Assembly (NCBI GenBank): GCA_963705105.1 | Contig: CAVPIW010000006.1 | Span: forward strand, 864,001 to 928,000 | DNA from: an uncultured Nitrospiraceae bacterium | GTDB lineage: Bacteria; Nitrospirota; Thermodesulfovibrionia; Thermodesulfovibrionales; Dissulfurispiraceae | Length of the DNA: 64,000 bases | Reading direction: 5' to 3' | Shown here: one piece after another, positions 20,610-29,993 of the stretch | How the letters are laid out: the number at the start of each line of letters is the position of its first letter | Position numbering within the stretch: position 1 is the stretch's first letter | The notes under the pieces: model-generated | Told to the model about the DNA's origin: nothing | Seen by the model: the letters and a program-made list of their open reading frames with translations, nothing else | The model's database searches: none | Made by a program: the position numbers and the translations under genes

Positions 20610-20839
20610 AACTGCACCTGGTACTCCAGCACATCCAATGCCTCTTTATTGAGAATGTCCGCCCGCCGGTTGATAATCTCAAGGTCTCTGGCATTCTGCT
20701 CATCACGGATCAGTTGCCCGATAAACGCCCAGACCGCCGCCTCGATGAAATCGGACCGATTCTTCTTGAACTGCCTGGCTCGTTTATCGATGACTTTCAG
20801 GAGTTCTTCAGACAGTGTGATAGATGTCTTTACTTTCAT
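20606..20839 (-). CDS. Ribbon-helix-helix antitoxin
   Basis: KTSITLS...NRSDFIE; overlaps the toxin start. Confidence 0.85.
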   Translation of the reverse strand: MKVKTSITLSEELLKVIDKRARQFKKNRSDFIEAAVWAFIGQLIRDEQNARDLEIINRRADILNKEALDVLEYQVQL

Positions 20840-20951
20840 ACTACTAATATACTTCTGAGATGGGGGTTGCCGTCAAGCCCGCAGCTTTCCCGCATCCTCT
20901 CCGTCATTGTCCAATGCCCTGAGTTGAGCGGTCATGTAAAGGCAGGGTAAA

Positions 20952-21151
20952 CCTTATCGTTGCAATACACTCCACGAAAGTCGGGGTGTATGCTCCGAAA
21001 AACTTGCTGCGGCGACACCTATATCACAACGAAAGGCGAACTTTACGCCAATGTCAGGAGAATTTGACATCTCTTCCGACACTGACACTGACACTCACAC
21101 TGACACTGTCTTTCAGAGCGCTTCACCCCGACTTTTTATGCAACTATAGGG
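20952..21151 (+). mobile_element. MITE-family copy
   Basis: CCTTATCGTTGCA...TGCAACTATAGG; TAAA on both sides; close match to 12903-13101. Confidence 0.9.
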
Positions 21152-21160
21152 TAAACTAAA

Positions 21161-21372
21161 CCTTATCGTTGCAATACACTTCCGGGAAAGGCGGGGCGTA
21201 TGCGCCGAAAACCTTGCTGCGGCGACACCTGTATCAAAACGAGAGATGAACTATACGCCAATGGTCGATGACACAAAGAGTGGAATCCTGAAACACGAAG
21301 CTGACGAGGCGTATCGTCGCCTTCAGCAAGGCTTTGAGGCGTTTCGCCCCGCCTTTTCATGCAACAGAAAGA
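21161..21372 (+). mobile_element. MITE-family copy, in tandem with the previous one
   Basis: CCTTATCGTTGCA...TGCAACAGAAAGA; TAAA on both sides. Confidence 0.9.
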
Positions 21373-21409
21373 TAAAATCATAGGATATCAACCAAGGAGA
21401 GGACCCTTT

Positions 21410-22201
21410 ATGGATGAAAAGAGAATCGGTTTGATAAATCTTGTGCGGAGGGATTACGGGGAGATCGCGAAGGGTAGCGGAGGATGCATGCCGTCAAGCT
21501 GCTGCGGGACTGACGCAACGATGCCCAGCCTGCTTGAAACGGGCAGACTCCTCGGGTACAGCGAGGAAGACCTGCGCGTCGGCCTCGGCGAGGCGAACCT
21601 GGGGCTCGGCTGCGGCAACCCCCGGGCCGTTGCGGAGTTGAAGGAAGGGGAGGTCGTGCTCGACCTCGGAAGCGGCGCCGGTTTCGACGCCTTTCTTGCG
21701 GCGATGAAGGTCGGTCCGGAGGGAAAGGTCATCGGCGTGGACATGACACCCGAGATGGTGGCCAGGGCGCGGCAGAACGCCATCGCCCTGCAGACGCGAA
21801 ACGTCGAATTCCGGCTGGGCGAGATCGAGCACCTGCCCGTTGCGGACGCATCCGTCGATGTGATCATATCGAACTGCGTGATCAACCTCTCCACGGACAA
21901 GCAGGCCGTTTTCCACGATTGTTTCCGCGTGCTCAGACGGGGCGGCAGGATCGCCATCTCGGACATACTCAGGTGTGGCGACGTGCCCGCGGAGGTCAGG
22001 GACAACCCCTCGGCTTACAGCGGTTGAATCACCGGCGCGGTCCCGGTCGGGACAATGAAACAGATCCTGGAAAATGCGGGCTTCACGGACATCCGTTTCA
22101 TCGACAAGGAAAACAGCGAAGAGATCATCAGGGGCTGGAACATCGCACAGGGAGCCGAGAAGGCCGTCGTGTCGACCTATATCAAAGCGTCGAAACCCTG
22201 A
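21410..22201 (+). CDS. arsM: Arsenite S-adenosylmethyltransferase, probably containing selenocysteine (UGA at 22025-22027)
   Basis: SSCC, GLGCGNP, LDLGSGAG and ISNCVINL motifs. The in-frame TGA in AYSG*ITGA sits at the conserved GC(I/V)xGA Cys; the frame continues 57 codons to TGA at 22199. Confidence 0.88.
22028..22053 (+). promoter_or_regulatory. Putative bacterial SECIS hairpin
   Basis: Immediately after the UGA: ATC ACCGG CGCGGTC CCGGT, with a G-containing apical region. Confidence 0.6.
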
Positions 22202-22221
22202 AGCTGCAGGGCGCCTCGGCA

Positions 22222-23472
22222 ATGGAAAGAATCCTCCTCATCAATCCGAACCAATACAGGCACCCCCCCGTCATTCCCATCGGGCTGGAGTATCTCTCCC
22301 ATGCCCTGAAGCAGAGCGGATTCGAAGTCGATGTGCTTGATCTCACCTTTAAGAACGATGTTTTCCCCGTCATCGGGCAGAGCATCGCCGCCTTGAATCC
22401 TGACTGTGTCGGCGTCACGGTGCGCAATATCGACTCGGCCCTTTACAAGAACAGCGAATTCTTTTTGCCCTTCATCCGTGACATCATCAGTCATGTCAGG
22501 ACACTGACTGATGCGCCTGTCATCGCCGGTGGGGCCGCCTTTGTCGCCGATCCTTACGGCATCGTGGATTTCATCGGCGCCGATCTCGCCATCTCGGGTC
22601 CTGCGGAGAAGACGATGCCGCTCCTGCTCAGAAACAATCTGGACCTGATCGGTACTGCCAGGGTCGTGCGGGGGGCATTGCCCGACAGCGCCTGCCCGGA
22701 GAGGATGCGGACCGTCTCCTACGGGCCGTACATCGAAAACGGCGGCATCGCCGGGTTCGAGACCCACAAGGGCTGCACGACCCACTGCGCCTATTGCATC
22801 GAAGCGGGCACACCGGTGCGGTTCAGGGACCCCCGCGACATTACCCGTGAAATCAGGCAGCTCGTCGAGGGCGGCTATGACCACTTCCATCTCTGCGATA
22901 CCGAATTCAACGAAGACCTCGATTTCTCCGTTGCCGTCCTCGACAGCATCGTCAGGGAGAAGCTCCCCTTCCGCTGGGCACTGTACATGAAGCCGGGGAA
23001 TTTCAACAAGAGGCTTTTTTCCCTCCTCGCCGAATCGGGCGCCTACCTTGTTACCCTCACTGTCGACACCTTCCAGAAGTGCCCCGAGTATTGGGAGTGG
23101 GTCGAAAAGATGGTCTTCCTCGGCAGGAGGGCCGGCATCCGGATCTGCATCGACCTGCTGACGGGGTTCCCTTACGAGGGGGAGGATGTCCTGACGGAAA
23201 CCTTCGACTTCTTCCGGCGCGTCGATCCCCATGAGGTGGTGGTGAATACGCACATACGCCTCTATGCGAACACGAGGATCACCACGCTCGTGAGGAGGGA
23301 TGACAGCCTCCGGAAACACCTGCGCGGGTCGACGGATATTGACAGGGGGTTGATCGAACCCGTCTTTTACGGGCATGTCGATGAAGAGAGGCTGAAGGAG
23401 CTGTTGGCAGGGGACCCTCTCTTCAGGATCGCCGGGGAGGAACAGGTGGTGAATTATCAGACGGCAGGTTGA
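22222..23472 (+). CDS. Cobalamin-dependent radical SAM protein (class B, TsrM-like)
   Basis: N-terminal B12 domain LINPN..PP..P.GL and GVTVRNID; CTTHCAYC; DTEFN. ATG is 20 nt after the arsM stop. Confidence 0.85.
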   Translation: MERILLINPNQYRHPPVIPIGLEYLSHALKQSGFEVDVLDLTFKNDVFPVIGQSIAALNPDCVGVTVRNIDSALYKNSEFFLPFIRDIISHVRTLTDAPVIAGGAAFVADPYGIVDFIGADLAISGPAEKTMPLLLRNNLDLIGTARVVRGALPDSACPERMRTVSYGPYIENGGIAGFETHKGCTTHCAYCIEAGTPVRFRDPRDITREIRQLVEGGYDHFHLCDTEFNEDLDFSVAVLDSIVREKLPFRWALYMKPGNFNKRLFSLLAESGAYLVTLTVDTFQKCPEYWEWVEKMVFLGRRAGIRICIDLLTGFPYEGEDVLTETFDFFRRVDPHEVVVNTHIRLYANTRITTLVRRDDSLRKHLRGSTDIDRGLIEPVFYGHVDEERLKELLAGDPLFRIAGEEQVVNYQTAG

Positions 23473-23502
23473 GAATACAGTCTGACCATCATAGGCCCTG
23501 CG

Positions 23503-23675
23503 GGCGGGCGGGGCGAGGCGCCGATAAGCCCCGGTGCTGCGAAACCTTTGCCTTCCCGTTCAGAGATCTACTCAAGCCTGCGATCGATGGCTCAAAGGAT
23601 GACGTCCCTATCCCCAATAATAGACGATCATGCTCGCTATCAGCGGGTCTTTGAGGCGCCTCGCCCCGCTTGCCC
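23503..23675 (+). mobile_element. Degenerate MITE-family copy
   Basis: GGCGGGGCGAGGCGCCG...ATCATGCTCGCTATCAGC...TTTGAGGCGCCTCGCCCCGC; outer ends eroded. Confidence 0.7.
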
Positions 23676-23749
23676 GTGACGTGCGTAATATGCGGATTTG
23701 TCAGGATGGATGAACGGGGAGGGACGGTTGATCGCCCTCCCCGTTTGCT

Positions 23750-24496
23750 TTATGCGACGCTCTTCGCCCGCTGCAGGATCTCGCCCTGGGTGCTGATGGT
23801 GACGTTTTCCATGGGGATGTCTTTTCCGGCCATCTCCATCCCTTTCTTGACGATGATCGGGAGGGCGGAGCAGCAGGGCACCTCCATGTCGAGGACGGTG
23901 ACGCTTCTGACATCGGCGACGCTGAAGATCTCGGCGAACTTTCTCATGTATTCCTGGGCATTGTCCAGCTTCGGGCATCCGACGAGCAGGGACCGGCCCT
24001 TGAGGAAATCCTCGTGGAAGTTCGCGTATGCGAAGGCCGTGCAGTCTGCTGCAACGAGGAGGTCGGCGCCTCTCAGGAACGGGGCTGTCGGCGGCACAAG
24101 CTTTATCTGCACCGGCCAATGGCAGAGGGCTGATGCGCTCCTCTCCGTGGAGACGGGACGGTTCGCATCTTCGCAGCGTACCGTGAAGGTCTGGAGCCTT
24201 GCCGACGGGCAGAGGGGGACTGCGATTTCAGCCGCTTTTTCAGCCTTTTCCTTCTCCTGCAGGTAATGCTCGACCGCTTCGGGATCGAAATCCTCCGCAT
24301 CCCGCTCGATGACGCGGAGCGCGTTCTGCGGGCATTCGCCGAGACAGGCCCCGAGCCCGTCACAGTAAATCTCCGAGACCAGTTTCGCCTTCCCGTCGAC
24401 GATCTGGATCGCCCCCTCGGCGCAGGATGGGACGCACTGTCCGCAGCCGTCACAGAGATGCTCGTCTATTTCTATGATTTTTCTTCTCACTTTCAT
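23750..24496 (-). CDS. 4Fe-4S dicluster protein (hcp-associated)
   Basis: CDGCGQCVPSC, CDGLGACLGECP, HWPVQ, GCPKLD and EVPCC motifs. Confidence 0.88.
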   Translation of the reverse strand: MKVRRKIIEIDEHLCDGCGQCVPSCAEGAIQIVDGKAKLVSEIYCDGLGACLGECPQNALRVIERDAEDFDPEAVEHYLQEKEKAEKAAEIAVPLCPSARLQTFTVRCEDANRPVSTERSASALCHWPVQIKLVPPTAPFLRGADLLVAADCTAFAYANFHEDFLKGRSLLVGCPKLDNAQEYMRKFAEIFSVADVRSVTVLDMEVPCCSALPIIVKKGMEMAGKDIPMENVTISTQGEILQRAKSVA

Positions 24497-24530
24497 GGTT
24501 GTCCTCCTCTGTTTCTTATCCTGAACCGTT

Positions 24531-25265
24531 TTATTGCATCAATGCCTTGCGGGCGAGTTCTTTTCCCGTTTCGGTAAATATGTTCTGCTCGATGATCCTG
24601 GCCACCTCGCTGCGGTCCAGGGGTTCCTTCTTCTGCCTCTCCTCGAGATTCGCCAGGAGATCGGCGTCACAGACGATCCTGAAGTTAAGTGTTTCTTCCT
24701 CGCCCGGGTGGTGATGACGGCTGATGATGTCACAGACCTCTTCGACCATCTCCTCCTTGGCCCCGATGATGGCGAGGATCGCCCGCGCGACAGGAGGACC
24801 TTCCTTTTCATGCAACTCCGGCTCCGAGCTGTTGTATTTCCTCTCCGCCTCGGGGATGCCGATGTCGTGGAGATAGGCAGAGGCAAGGACGACGGCAGGA
24901 TTCCCCCGTTCCTGCTTCACGATCTTCTCGGCATAGGACGCCACTTTCCCCGTGTGGTTTATGAGTTTAAAGTCGCGCCTGAAATACTTCTTCATCTCGA
25001 CGGCCACGCGGTCCTTGAGGAGATCGTCGCGCTCCGCCAGCAGTTCCGGCGGCAGGTTCCCGATGCATTGCTCCGCGTACTTGCAATAGGCGGCGCAGCC
25101 GAAGTTCATCCGCGGGTTCACGAACTCGTGGCCGCAGTTCTTGCAGGTCTGGGTGGGCTCATCCTTGAAGAACTCGACGTTGTACTCGCACTTCGGGCAT
25201 TTCGCGTCGAAGATGTCCCGTATTTCCCAGAACCTCGTATCCTGTCCCGGACATTTGATGTTCAT
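24531..25265 (-). CDS. HD-domain protein with N-terminal Cys-rich domain
   Basis: CPGQD, CPKC and CKNC; LHDIG, HHH and DAD motifs. Confidence 0.85.
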   Translation of the reverse strand: MNIKCPGQDTRFWEIRDIFDAKCPKCEYNVEFFKDEPTQTCKNCGHEFVNPRMNFGCAAYCKYAEQCIGNLPPELLAERDDLLKDRVAVEMKKYFRRDFKLINHTGKVASYAEKIVKQERGNPAVVLASAYLHDIGIPEAERKYNSSEPELHEKEGPPVARAILAIIGAKEEMVEEVCDIISRHHHPGEEETLNFRIVCDADLLANLEERQKKEPLDRSEVARIIEQNIFTETGKELARKALMQ

Positions 25266-25303
25266 TGCTGATCCTCCCTCACCCTCTCATCGTGTATAGT
25301 GCG

Positions 25304-25332
25304 GACGGGGCGGGCAGCGCGCCCGCCCCGTC
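25304..25332. terminator. GC-rich hairpin after the hcp stop (terminator or mRNA stabiliser)
   Basis: GACGGGGCGGGC-AGCGC-GCCCGCCCCGTC, a 12-bp stem without a U-tract. Confidence 0.55.
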
Positions 25333-25339
25333 ATGATCC

Positions 25340-26986
25340 TTAACCCAGAATCGCCTTGAGATCCTCGTCAGGCGTCCCAATCGGCTTGATGTCGAAGTTC
25401 TTGACGAGCACCCCGAGGACGTTCGCCGAAGTGAATGCCGGGAGCGACGGCCCGAGCCTGATGTTCTTGATGCCCAGGTACAGAAGCGTGAGCAGGATCG
25501 CGACGGCCTTCTGCTCGTACCAGGAGCAGATGATCGACAGGGGCAGGTCGTTCACGCCCACATTAAAGGCCTTCGACAGGGCCACGGCGATCTGTATCGC
25601 CGAGTAGGCATCGTTGCACTGTCCCACATCGAGGAGGCGCGGGATGCCGCCGATGTCGCCGAGCTCCTTGTCGAAGAAGCGGAACTTGCCGCAGGCCAGG
25701 GTGAGGACCATGCAGTCCTTCGGGACCTTCTCGACGAACTCGGTGTAGTAGTTCCTTCCGGGCTTCGCGCCGTCGCATCCCGCAACGAGGAAGAAGTGCC
25801 GGATATTCTTGTTCTTGACGGCCTCGATCACCTTGTCGGCGACGCCGAGGACGGTGTTCCTGCCGAAGCCGACCATCACGGACTTGCCGTTTGTATCCTC
25901 GGTGAAGCCGGGCATGGACAGGGCCTTTTCAATGACAGGGGCGAAATTCCGGTCCGGGATGTGCGTCACGCCGGGCCACCCGACGAGCCCGAGGGTAAAG
26001 ATGCGGTCCTTGTATGATTCCTGAGGCTTCTGGATGCAGTTCGTCGTCATGACGATGGGCCCGGGGAAGTTCGGGAACTCCTTATGCTGATTCTGCCATG
26101 CCGTCCCGTAGTGGCCGTAGAAGTGGGCATACTTCTTCAGTCCCGGATAGGCATGGGTCGGGAGCATCTCGCCATGGGAGTAAACGTAGATGCCCTTCCC
26201 CTCGGACTGCTTGAGGATCTCCTCCATGTCCTTCAGGTCATGGCCGGAGACGAGGATCGCCTTGCCCTTCTTTGTGCCCAGGGGTACCTTTGTGGGGACG
26301 GGATGACCGTACGTGCCCGTATTGCCCGCATCGAGGAGCTCCATCGTCCTGAAGTTGATCTCGCCGCACTTGAGCGCCATGCCCAGGGCCTCGTCCACAG
26401 TGAGGTCAGCCCTCGGCATAACTGCCATCGCCTCGTGGCAGAAGGCGTAGACCTTGTCGTCTTCCTGGCCGAGGATCTGTGCATGATCTGCGTAGGCGGC
26501 GACACCCTTGACGCCGAAGAGGAGCGTGTGCTTGAGCGACCGGATGTCGGGGTCCGTTGCCGGGTCGGCCTTGAGTCCCACGGCCTCACCCTGTTTGACC
26601 ATCCCTTCCGTCGTCGCCGCCGGTGTAAACGTCGCTGCGGCATAGGGGAAATCGACCTTGCCGCCGGCGGCCTTGACCTTCGCCTTGAGTTTTTCCCGCA
26701 GTTCGACACACTTGTTGATGAGTCCGACAAAACGGGACGGGTCGAAGTCCACGTTCGTCAGAGTGGAGAAGAGCGCCTTGAGGGTGAACACGTTCACGTC
26801 ATGATCGACGACACCCACCTTCCTCCCCTCGACGGCAAACAGGGAAAGACCCTCGACGGCATGGACGAGCAGATCCTGGAGGGCCGCCACATCGGGCTGC
26901 TTCCCGCACACACCGATCTGGGTGCATCCCTCCCCCTTCGCCGTCTGCTCACACTGATAACAAAACATCTTCTCTTCCTGAGCCAT
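25340..26986 (-). CDS. hcp: Hybrid cluster protein (hydroxylamine/NO reductase)
   Basis: MFCYQCEQT..GC..GVCGK, SGHDL, TTNC, GQCND and SWYEQKAV motifs. Confidence 0.97.
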   Translation of the reverse strand: MAQEEKMFCYQCEQTAKGEGCTQIGVCGKQPDVAALQDLLVHAVEGLSLFAVEGRKVGVVDHDVNVFTLKALFSTLTNVDFDPSRFVGLINKCVELREKLKAKVKAAGGKVDFPYAAATFTPAATTEGMVKQGEAVGLKADPATDPDIRSLKHTLLFGVKGVAAYADHAQILGQEDDKVYAFCHEAMAVMPRADLTVDEALGMALKCGEINFRTMELLDAGNTGTYGHPVPTKVPLGTKKGKAILVSGHDLKDMEEILKQSEGKGIYVYSHGEMLPTHAYPGLKKYAHFYGHYGTAWQNQHKEFPNFPGPIVMTTNCIQKPQESYKDRIFTLGLVGWPGVTHIPDRNFAPVIEKALSMPGFTEDTNGKSVMVGFGRNTVLGVADKVIEAVKNKNIRHFFLVAGCDGAKPGRNYYTEFVEKVPKDCMVLTLACGKFRFFDKELGDIGGIPRLLDVGQCNDAYSAIQIAVALSKAFNVGVNDLPLSIICSWYEQKAVAILLTLLYLGIKNIRLGPSLPAFTSANVLGVLVKNFDIKPIGTPDEDLKAILG

Positions 26987-27059
26987 GATAACCTCCTTGT
27001 GGTATGAATGTTTTTTTCTTCCGGCCCGGGGCCGGTTCATCAGCGATTCTGTTTTAAGT

Positions 27060-27893
27060 TTACTTCATGTTTGGACGTTCGTCCTTGACTTGCATCAAGA
27101 AATCGTATTTTTTCTCTTCTTCCATGCCGATACGGTTGAGGACCTCGCCGAACCTCTCGCCGTGGAGACATTTTCCCCTATAAAGATCAATGCATTGCTT
27201 CACGATGCGGACAACATCCTCCGCCGGATGGACGCCTCCGATTTCCCAGCCGAGCTGGGGATGACGGCCGAGCTTTCCGCCGAGCAGTATCCGGAACCCC
27301 CTGGCATCCTCCCTGAGCGTGCCCGTCGGGCAGACGGCGATGCACTGGCCACAGGCGAGACATTTATCGACGTCGATGACCGGCGTCTCGCTCTCGTCGG
27401 GCAGGGTGAGCGCCTCTTCCTTGCATGCCTCGGTGCAGGCCCCGCACATGGTGCAGGGTTCGCCGCTAAGACCGGGAAGGGAGGCGCCGATGATCCCGAT
27501 ATCGGCGATCTGCGGGCGCGAGCAGGCGTTCGGGCAATCGGCGACGGTGATTCGGAACTCGTGGTGCACCTTGAGCGGACCGCCGACGCGCTCTTTAAGG
27601 AAGGCCCTCAGGTTCTCGCCGCCGAGCAGTGTCTCCAGTGATTGAAGGAGTTCTCCGGAATCCGCGGCCCTGTTCGGGCAGCCGCCCGGACCGAAGCAGC
27701 TCTCGATCTGGTAGCCCCTGACTTCGTCGTCCATGCTGTTGAGAAAGCGCTTCTTGCAGATCGTCACATGCTCCAGGCGGACTTCACGGGCGCCGGAGCG
27801 CAGGGCCTCCTCCTCGACGCGCTTCCTCACCCGCTTGCGCACGAAGAACGGCACACGGGAAAGGGCATCCTCGGCGTCAGGAGACCATTTCAT
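27060..27893 (-). CDS. Nitrite/sulfite-reductase-like 4Fe-4S protein
   Basis: PFFVRKR N-terminal domain; CPNACSRPQ; two CxxCxxCxxxC motifs; GGKLGRHP. Confidence 0.8.
   Translation of the reverse strand: MKWSPDAEDALSRVPFFVRKRVRKRVEEEALRSGAREVRLEHVTICKKRFLNSMDDEVRGYQIESCFGPGGCPNRAADSGELLQSLETLLGGENLRAFLKERVGGPLKVHHEFRITVADCPNACSRPQIADIGIIGASLPGLSGEPCTMCGACTEACKEEALTLPDESETPVIDVDKCLACGQCIAVCPTGTLREDARGFRILLGGKLGRHPQLGWEIGGVHPAEDVVRIVKQCIDLYRGKCLHGERFGEVLNRIGMEEEKKYDFLMQVKDERPNMK
27085..27098. promoter_or_regulatory. Fnr/HcpR-type box upstream of hcp
   Basis: TTGACTTGCATCAA (TTGA-N6-TCAA). Confidence 0.6.
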
Positions 27894-27957
27894 TGCATCA
27901 TCCTCCCGTTTTCTTGTCCATGCTGTCAATTGTACGGAGTTGTGATCCGAAACGGCA

Positions 27958-27971
27958 TTGACCTAAGTCAA
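27958..27971. promoter_or_regulatory. Fnr/HcpR-type box upstream of the operon
   Basis: TTGACCTAAGTCAA (TTGAC-N4-GTCAA). Confidence 0.65.
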
Positions 27972-28061
27972 CCATGAAAAGATGGTGTCAGTGACAGTGG
28001 AAGTGTGAGTGAGAGGAACAGGTCAACCATGAAGGGAAAGTGTCTGTGCTGTGACAGTAGA

Positions 28062-28254
28062 CCCTATCGTTGCATGCGCCCTCTGGAAAGGCGGGGCGAA
28101 GGCGCCGAAAAGCCTCGGTGCTGCGAAACCTTTGCCTTCCCCTGAAGACTATTTCAGGCTGACGGTTAAAGAAGTGAACCTTATACTGACACTCACACTG
28201 TCACTGACACTTTTTCCAGAGCGCTTTGTCCAGCCTTTCCATGTGACTGCGGGG
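28062..28254 (+). mobile_element. MITE-family copy
   Basis: CCCTATCGTTGCA...CACTGACAC...CCATGTGACTGCGGGG; flanks TAGA and TAAA. Confidence 0.8.
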
Positions 28255-28313
28255 TAAATGCCGAATATCTGCCGTGAAATGCCTCATCATGAACAAAACG
28301 CGTCGGGTTACGC

Positions 28314-28350
28314 TTGACAGTCCGCCCATTATTCCTTACTATAAAGTAAG
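28314..28350 (+). promoter_or_regulatory. Sigma70 promoter of the abrB-vapC pair with an overlapping palindromic operator
   Basis: TTGACA-N17-TACTAT; palindrome CTTACT-ATAA-AGTAAG at 28335-28350. Confidence 0.7.
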
Positions 28351-28376
28351 ATAAAAAGATATTTGAAAGGAATAAT

Positions 28377-28628
28377 ATGGCGACCGCATTGATCACATCG
28401 AAGGGACAGACGACGATCCCAAAGAAGGTCAGAGAGTACCTCAAGCTTCAACCTGGCGACAAGGTGGACTTCGTGATCAAAGACGACGGTACCGTCGTTA
28501 TGTCTCCCGCAACTCTTGATATAAGAGAGATTGAGGGCATTCTCCACCGGCCCTATATGGAGGCCGTCTCGACGGAGGACATGAAAACAGCTATCAAAAA
28601 GCGCTTCCGGGGCATGAAGACCAGATGA
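28377..28628 (+). CDS. AbrB/MazE-type antitoxin
   Basis: ITSKGQTTIPKKVR motif. Confidence 0.9.
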   Translation: MATALITSKGQTTIPKKVREYLKLQPGDKVDFVIKDDGTVVMSPATLDIREIEGILHRPYMEAVSTEDMKTAIKKRFRGMKTR

Positions 28629-29020
28629 AGGGTCTCGACACAAACCTTCTGGTGCGCTATCTCGTGAAGGATGACAGGAGACAGGCTGAGAGGGCTTCAC
28701 GATTCATGTCGGAAATGGCGGAATCCGGGACAAACTGTTTCATCAACCAGATCGTTCTGTGCGAACTCGTATGGGTATTGGAGTCTGCTTACGGGTACCC
28801 GAAAAAGGAAATCGCCGACGTGCTCGACAAGATCATGGCGATCCGACAGTTCGTCATAGAGTCGAAAGACCTGGTGAGGCAGGCGATATCCGACTACCGG
28901 GAGGGCAAAGCCGATCTTGCAGACTACCTTGTGGGAAGAACCAACCATGCACAGGGATGCGACAGGACTTTCACCTTTGACCGCGCATTGAAAGGACAAC
29001 CCCTTCTTCTCTGTCCTTGA
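28625..29020 (+). CDS. vapC: VapC/PIN toxin
   Basis: LDTNLLVR, ELVWVL, ADYL and TFD motifs. Confidence 0.9.
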   Translation: MKGLDTNLLVRYLVKDDRRQAERASRFMSEMAESGTNCFINQIVLCELVWVLESAYGYPKKEIADVLDKIMAIRQFVIESKDLVRQAISDYREGKADLADYLVGRTNHAQGCDRTFTFDRALKGQPLLLCP

Positions 29021-29196
29021 GTGACGGAAAGAGGTTGTGCTATGCCCCGTGGCTTTAGCCTTAGATTAGCCCATCTTCTCCAGGTGGTCCCGAAAATCTC
29101 CCAACATATACGATGGGGTTGAGCTATCATCTCGCGATGAAGACTTCCAGCTCTAATCTTATGGGGATAGGATGGCAACAACATCAGGTTGCACCT

Positions 29197-29460
29197 TTAT
29201 CTGTATGCCTCGCGCCTGTGGCGGATGATGGACACATCAATGGTTTGGTTCTTGTCGTCGATCTGGTAAATAACGCGGTACTCTCCAACACGGATACGCC
29301 ACAATGATGCTGTACCGACAAGCTGTTTGCTGCCCGGCGGGCGAGGCTCTGAAGCGAGTCCTTCGATCTTGTCGAGGATTCGTACGGCGACGTTGGTGGA
29401 AAGGGCTTGCAATTCCTTCCTTGCGGACCGAGCGAAGGTGACCGTATAAGGTGGTGTCAA
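29197..29460 (-). CDS. RelE/ParE-family toxin
   Basis: PRPPGSKQL, WRIRVGEYRVIY and HRREAY motifs. Confidence 0.9.
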   Translation of the reverse strand: MTPPYTVTFARSARKELQALSTNVAVRILDKIEGLASEPRPPGSKQLVGTASLWRIRVGEYRVIYQIDDKNQTIDVSIIRHRREAYR

Positions 29461-29636
29461 GACTTTTGCAAGACCTTCTTTCGGACGTCGGATAGTGATT
29501 CTCGGGGTTCCTTGCGTCTTTTGATGGCCTTAAGAGTGTCGTAGAAATCTTCCCATAAATCTTTGTGGATGCGTAGATCAATGAGGACCGCTTTCTTTAC
29601 ACCCTTTTCGTCAAAAAGAAACTCAACGCCTTTCAT
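29457..29636 (-). CDS. Putative antitoxin
   Basis: MKGVEFLFDEKGVKKAVLIDL...WEDFYD; overlaps the toxin start. Confidence 0.75.
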   Translation of the reverse strand: MKGVEFLFDEKGVKKAVLIDLRIHKDLWEDFYDTLKAIKRRKEPRESLSDVRKKVLQKS

Positions 29637-29993
29637 CCTCTTCCTCCCGGCGCGGAAATCCCGTCCTTGAGGGCGGGGTATGTGACCAATCGTTGTTCTT
29701 CCGGCTTTGGTGCAATATTTCGTTATATTACCATGACATGATCTCTTCAGAGAAGAACACAACGGACACGGGGCGCGAATCAATACTCCGCTGCACTCAG
29801 GCAAAACTTCGCACGGTCGGGGTTTCAACGAGCCGCGTGACTGCAGCCAGGGAACATGGAGGTCCATCCTGTCAACACAGTGAACTCGGCGGCTGACGAG
29901 ATCATGCCGCTGTATTGCACAGCGCTTTAGGAGCCCGCTTTGGAGGCGCGGAAACGCCCCAAGACGGGCCCCTGGAGACAGGCTCTGCGACGC

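Noticed and set aside
20038..21151. Composite MITE transposon carrying the mazF pair
   Set aside because: Each flanking MITE has its own duplication (TTAA and TAAA), indicating independent insertions.
21919..22221. N-terminal extension of the 517-aa radical-SAM ORF
   Set aside because: It overlaps the read-through arsM C-terminus in another frame; recognisable similarity starts at MERILLINPN (22222).
29822..29840. GTTTCAACGAGCCGCG resembling a CRISPR repeat end
   Set aside because: Single occurrence with no array.
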